Below, in pieces: positions 62,861 to 64,000 of a stretch of 64,000 nucleotides of DNA. Below the pieces are notes generated by a model that was not told where the DNA came from, did not search any database, and was given only the letters and a program-made list of their open reading frames with translations. The stretch comes from Candidatus Latescibacterota bacterium (lineage in GTDB: Bacteria; Latescibacterota; UBA2968; UBA8231). The translations under genes were made by a program, and so were the position numbers. The stretch is from NCBI GenBank assembly GCA_965206595.1, contig OZ242214.1, positions 3,936,001 through 4,000,000 of the forward strand, read 5' to 3'. Position 1 is the stretch's first letter. Each line of letters begins with the position of its first letter.

Positions 62861-64000
62861 ATGGACAAGCTCGCAGTGATCTTCAGGATTTCCTGGCGCA
62901 GCATCTGGCGCAACCGGCGCCGCACCTGGATCACGCTCAGCGCCATCGCCTTCGGCCTCGCCCTGGCGGTCTTCTTCATCGCCTTCGCAGACGGCGTCTA
63001 CAACCAGCTGATCGACGACGCCACGCGCATGCAGGGCGGTCACTTCACCCTCGAGCACCCGCACTACCGCGAGGCACCCGCGGTCGATCTGTTCGTCGGC
63101 GGCGTCTCCGGCCTGCGCGCCCGCCTCGAGGGGCTCGACGGCGTCCTGGGCACCAAGGCCCTGGTCCTCGGACAGGGGGTCGCCAAGTCGGGCAGCGGCG
63201 CGGTAGGTGTGTCCGTCATGGGGGTGGAGCCGGCGATCGAGGCAGGGGCGTCCCCGATCGCCGGCAGGATGGTCACCGGGTCCTACCTCGAAGAGGGGGA
63301 CGGGCGCAAGATCGTCGTCGGCTCCGGGCTGGCGAAGCGGCTCGAGGTCCGGACCGGCAGGAAGCTCGTCATCGCCACAAACGACGCTTCCGGCGAGATC
63401 GTCGAGGAGCTCTTCAGGGTCAAGGGGACGTTCGAGGTCGGCTCCGACGAAGTGGACGCCTACCTGGTGCAGATCCCGCTGGAGTTCGCGCGCCGGCTCT
63501 ACGGCCTCGGCGACGACGACGCCACCCAGGTCGGCGTCCTGCTCGCCGATCCCGGCCGGCGGCCTGCGGTCATGGCCGCGGCGCGGGAGCTCGTTCCCCG
63601 CGGGGTTGCCCTGCGCACCTGGGAAGAGGTGATGCCCGAGCTCGCCAGCTACGTCCGCGTCGACCGCGGCAGCAACCTGATCTTCCAGGGGATCGTCGTC
63701 TTCCTCAGCCTGTTCACGATCTTCAACACCATCCTGATGTCGGTGCTGGAGCGCACCCGCGAGCTGGCGATGCAGCTCGCCCTCGGGGTGTCGGCCTCCC
63801 TGCTGCGCCTGCAGGTGGTGATCGAGTCCGCCCTGCTCGGCGCTCTCGGCAGCAGCCTCGGGATCCTGCTCGGCGGGGGCCTCGGCTACTGGATGCAGGC
63901 CGAAGGCCTCGACATCTCGCGCTTCTACGGCGATGACATCGACGTCTCGGGATTCGCCCTCGACACCATGGTCCACGCCGACGTCACCGTCGAGCTCCTC
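62861..64000 (+). CDS. ABC transporter permease (FtsX/LolE-like), runs off the window end
   Basis: MDKLAVIFRISWRSIWRNRRRT..IFNTILMSVLERTRE; no stop before 64000. Confidence 0.88.
   Translation, partial: MDKLAVIFRISWRSIWRNRRRTWITLSAIAFGLALAVFFIAFADGVYNQLIDDATRMQGGHFTLEHPHYREAPAVDLFVGGVSGLRARLEGLDGVLGTKALVLGQGVAKSGSGAVGVSVMGVEPAIEAGASPIAGRMVTGSYLEEGDGRKIVVGSGLAKRLEVRTGRKLVIATNDASGEIVEELFRVKGTFEVGSDEVDAYLVQIPLEFARRLYGLGDDDATQVGVLLADPGRRPAVMAAARELVPRGVALRTWEEVMPELASYVRVDRGSNLIFQGIVVFLSLFTIFNTILMSVLERTRELAMQLALGVSASLLRLQVVIESALLGALGSSLGILLGGGLGYWMQAEGLDISRFYGDDIDVSGFALDTMVHADVTVELL

Overview
High-GC bacterial chromosomal window with no rRNA, tRNA or CRISPR array. The gene content (PhyH dioxygenases, Gfo/Idh/MocA and SDR oxidoreductases, enolase-superfamily dehydratases, NHL and PQQ propellers, a FlgD-Ig protein) resembles Latescibacterota/Poribacteria-like organisms, which is an inference. 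Intact loci include glnB-glnE, a CusCBA-type Cu/Ag efflux operon, a lower-GC sigma54 two-component module with a consensus -24/-12 promoter, and a LolA-like/ABC permease operon. Interspersed are three type II toxin-antitoxin pairs, an orphan DNA methyltransferase, IS701, an IS630 nested in an IS66, and many gene fragments. Strongest observation: the last gene of the Cus operon (43108-43443, minus) reads through an in-frame TGA in a U-x-x-C context followed by a SECIS-like hairpin, making it a candidate selenoprotein of the PCYCGC-like family. Second: two ~94%-identical partial gene duplications each bracket foreign DNA, consistent with homology-facilitated illegitimate recombination.
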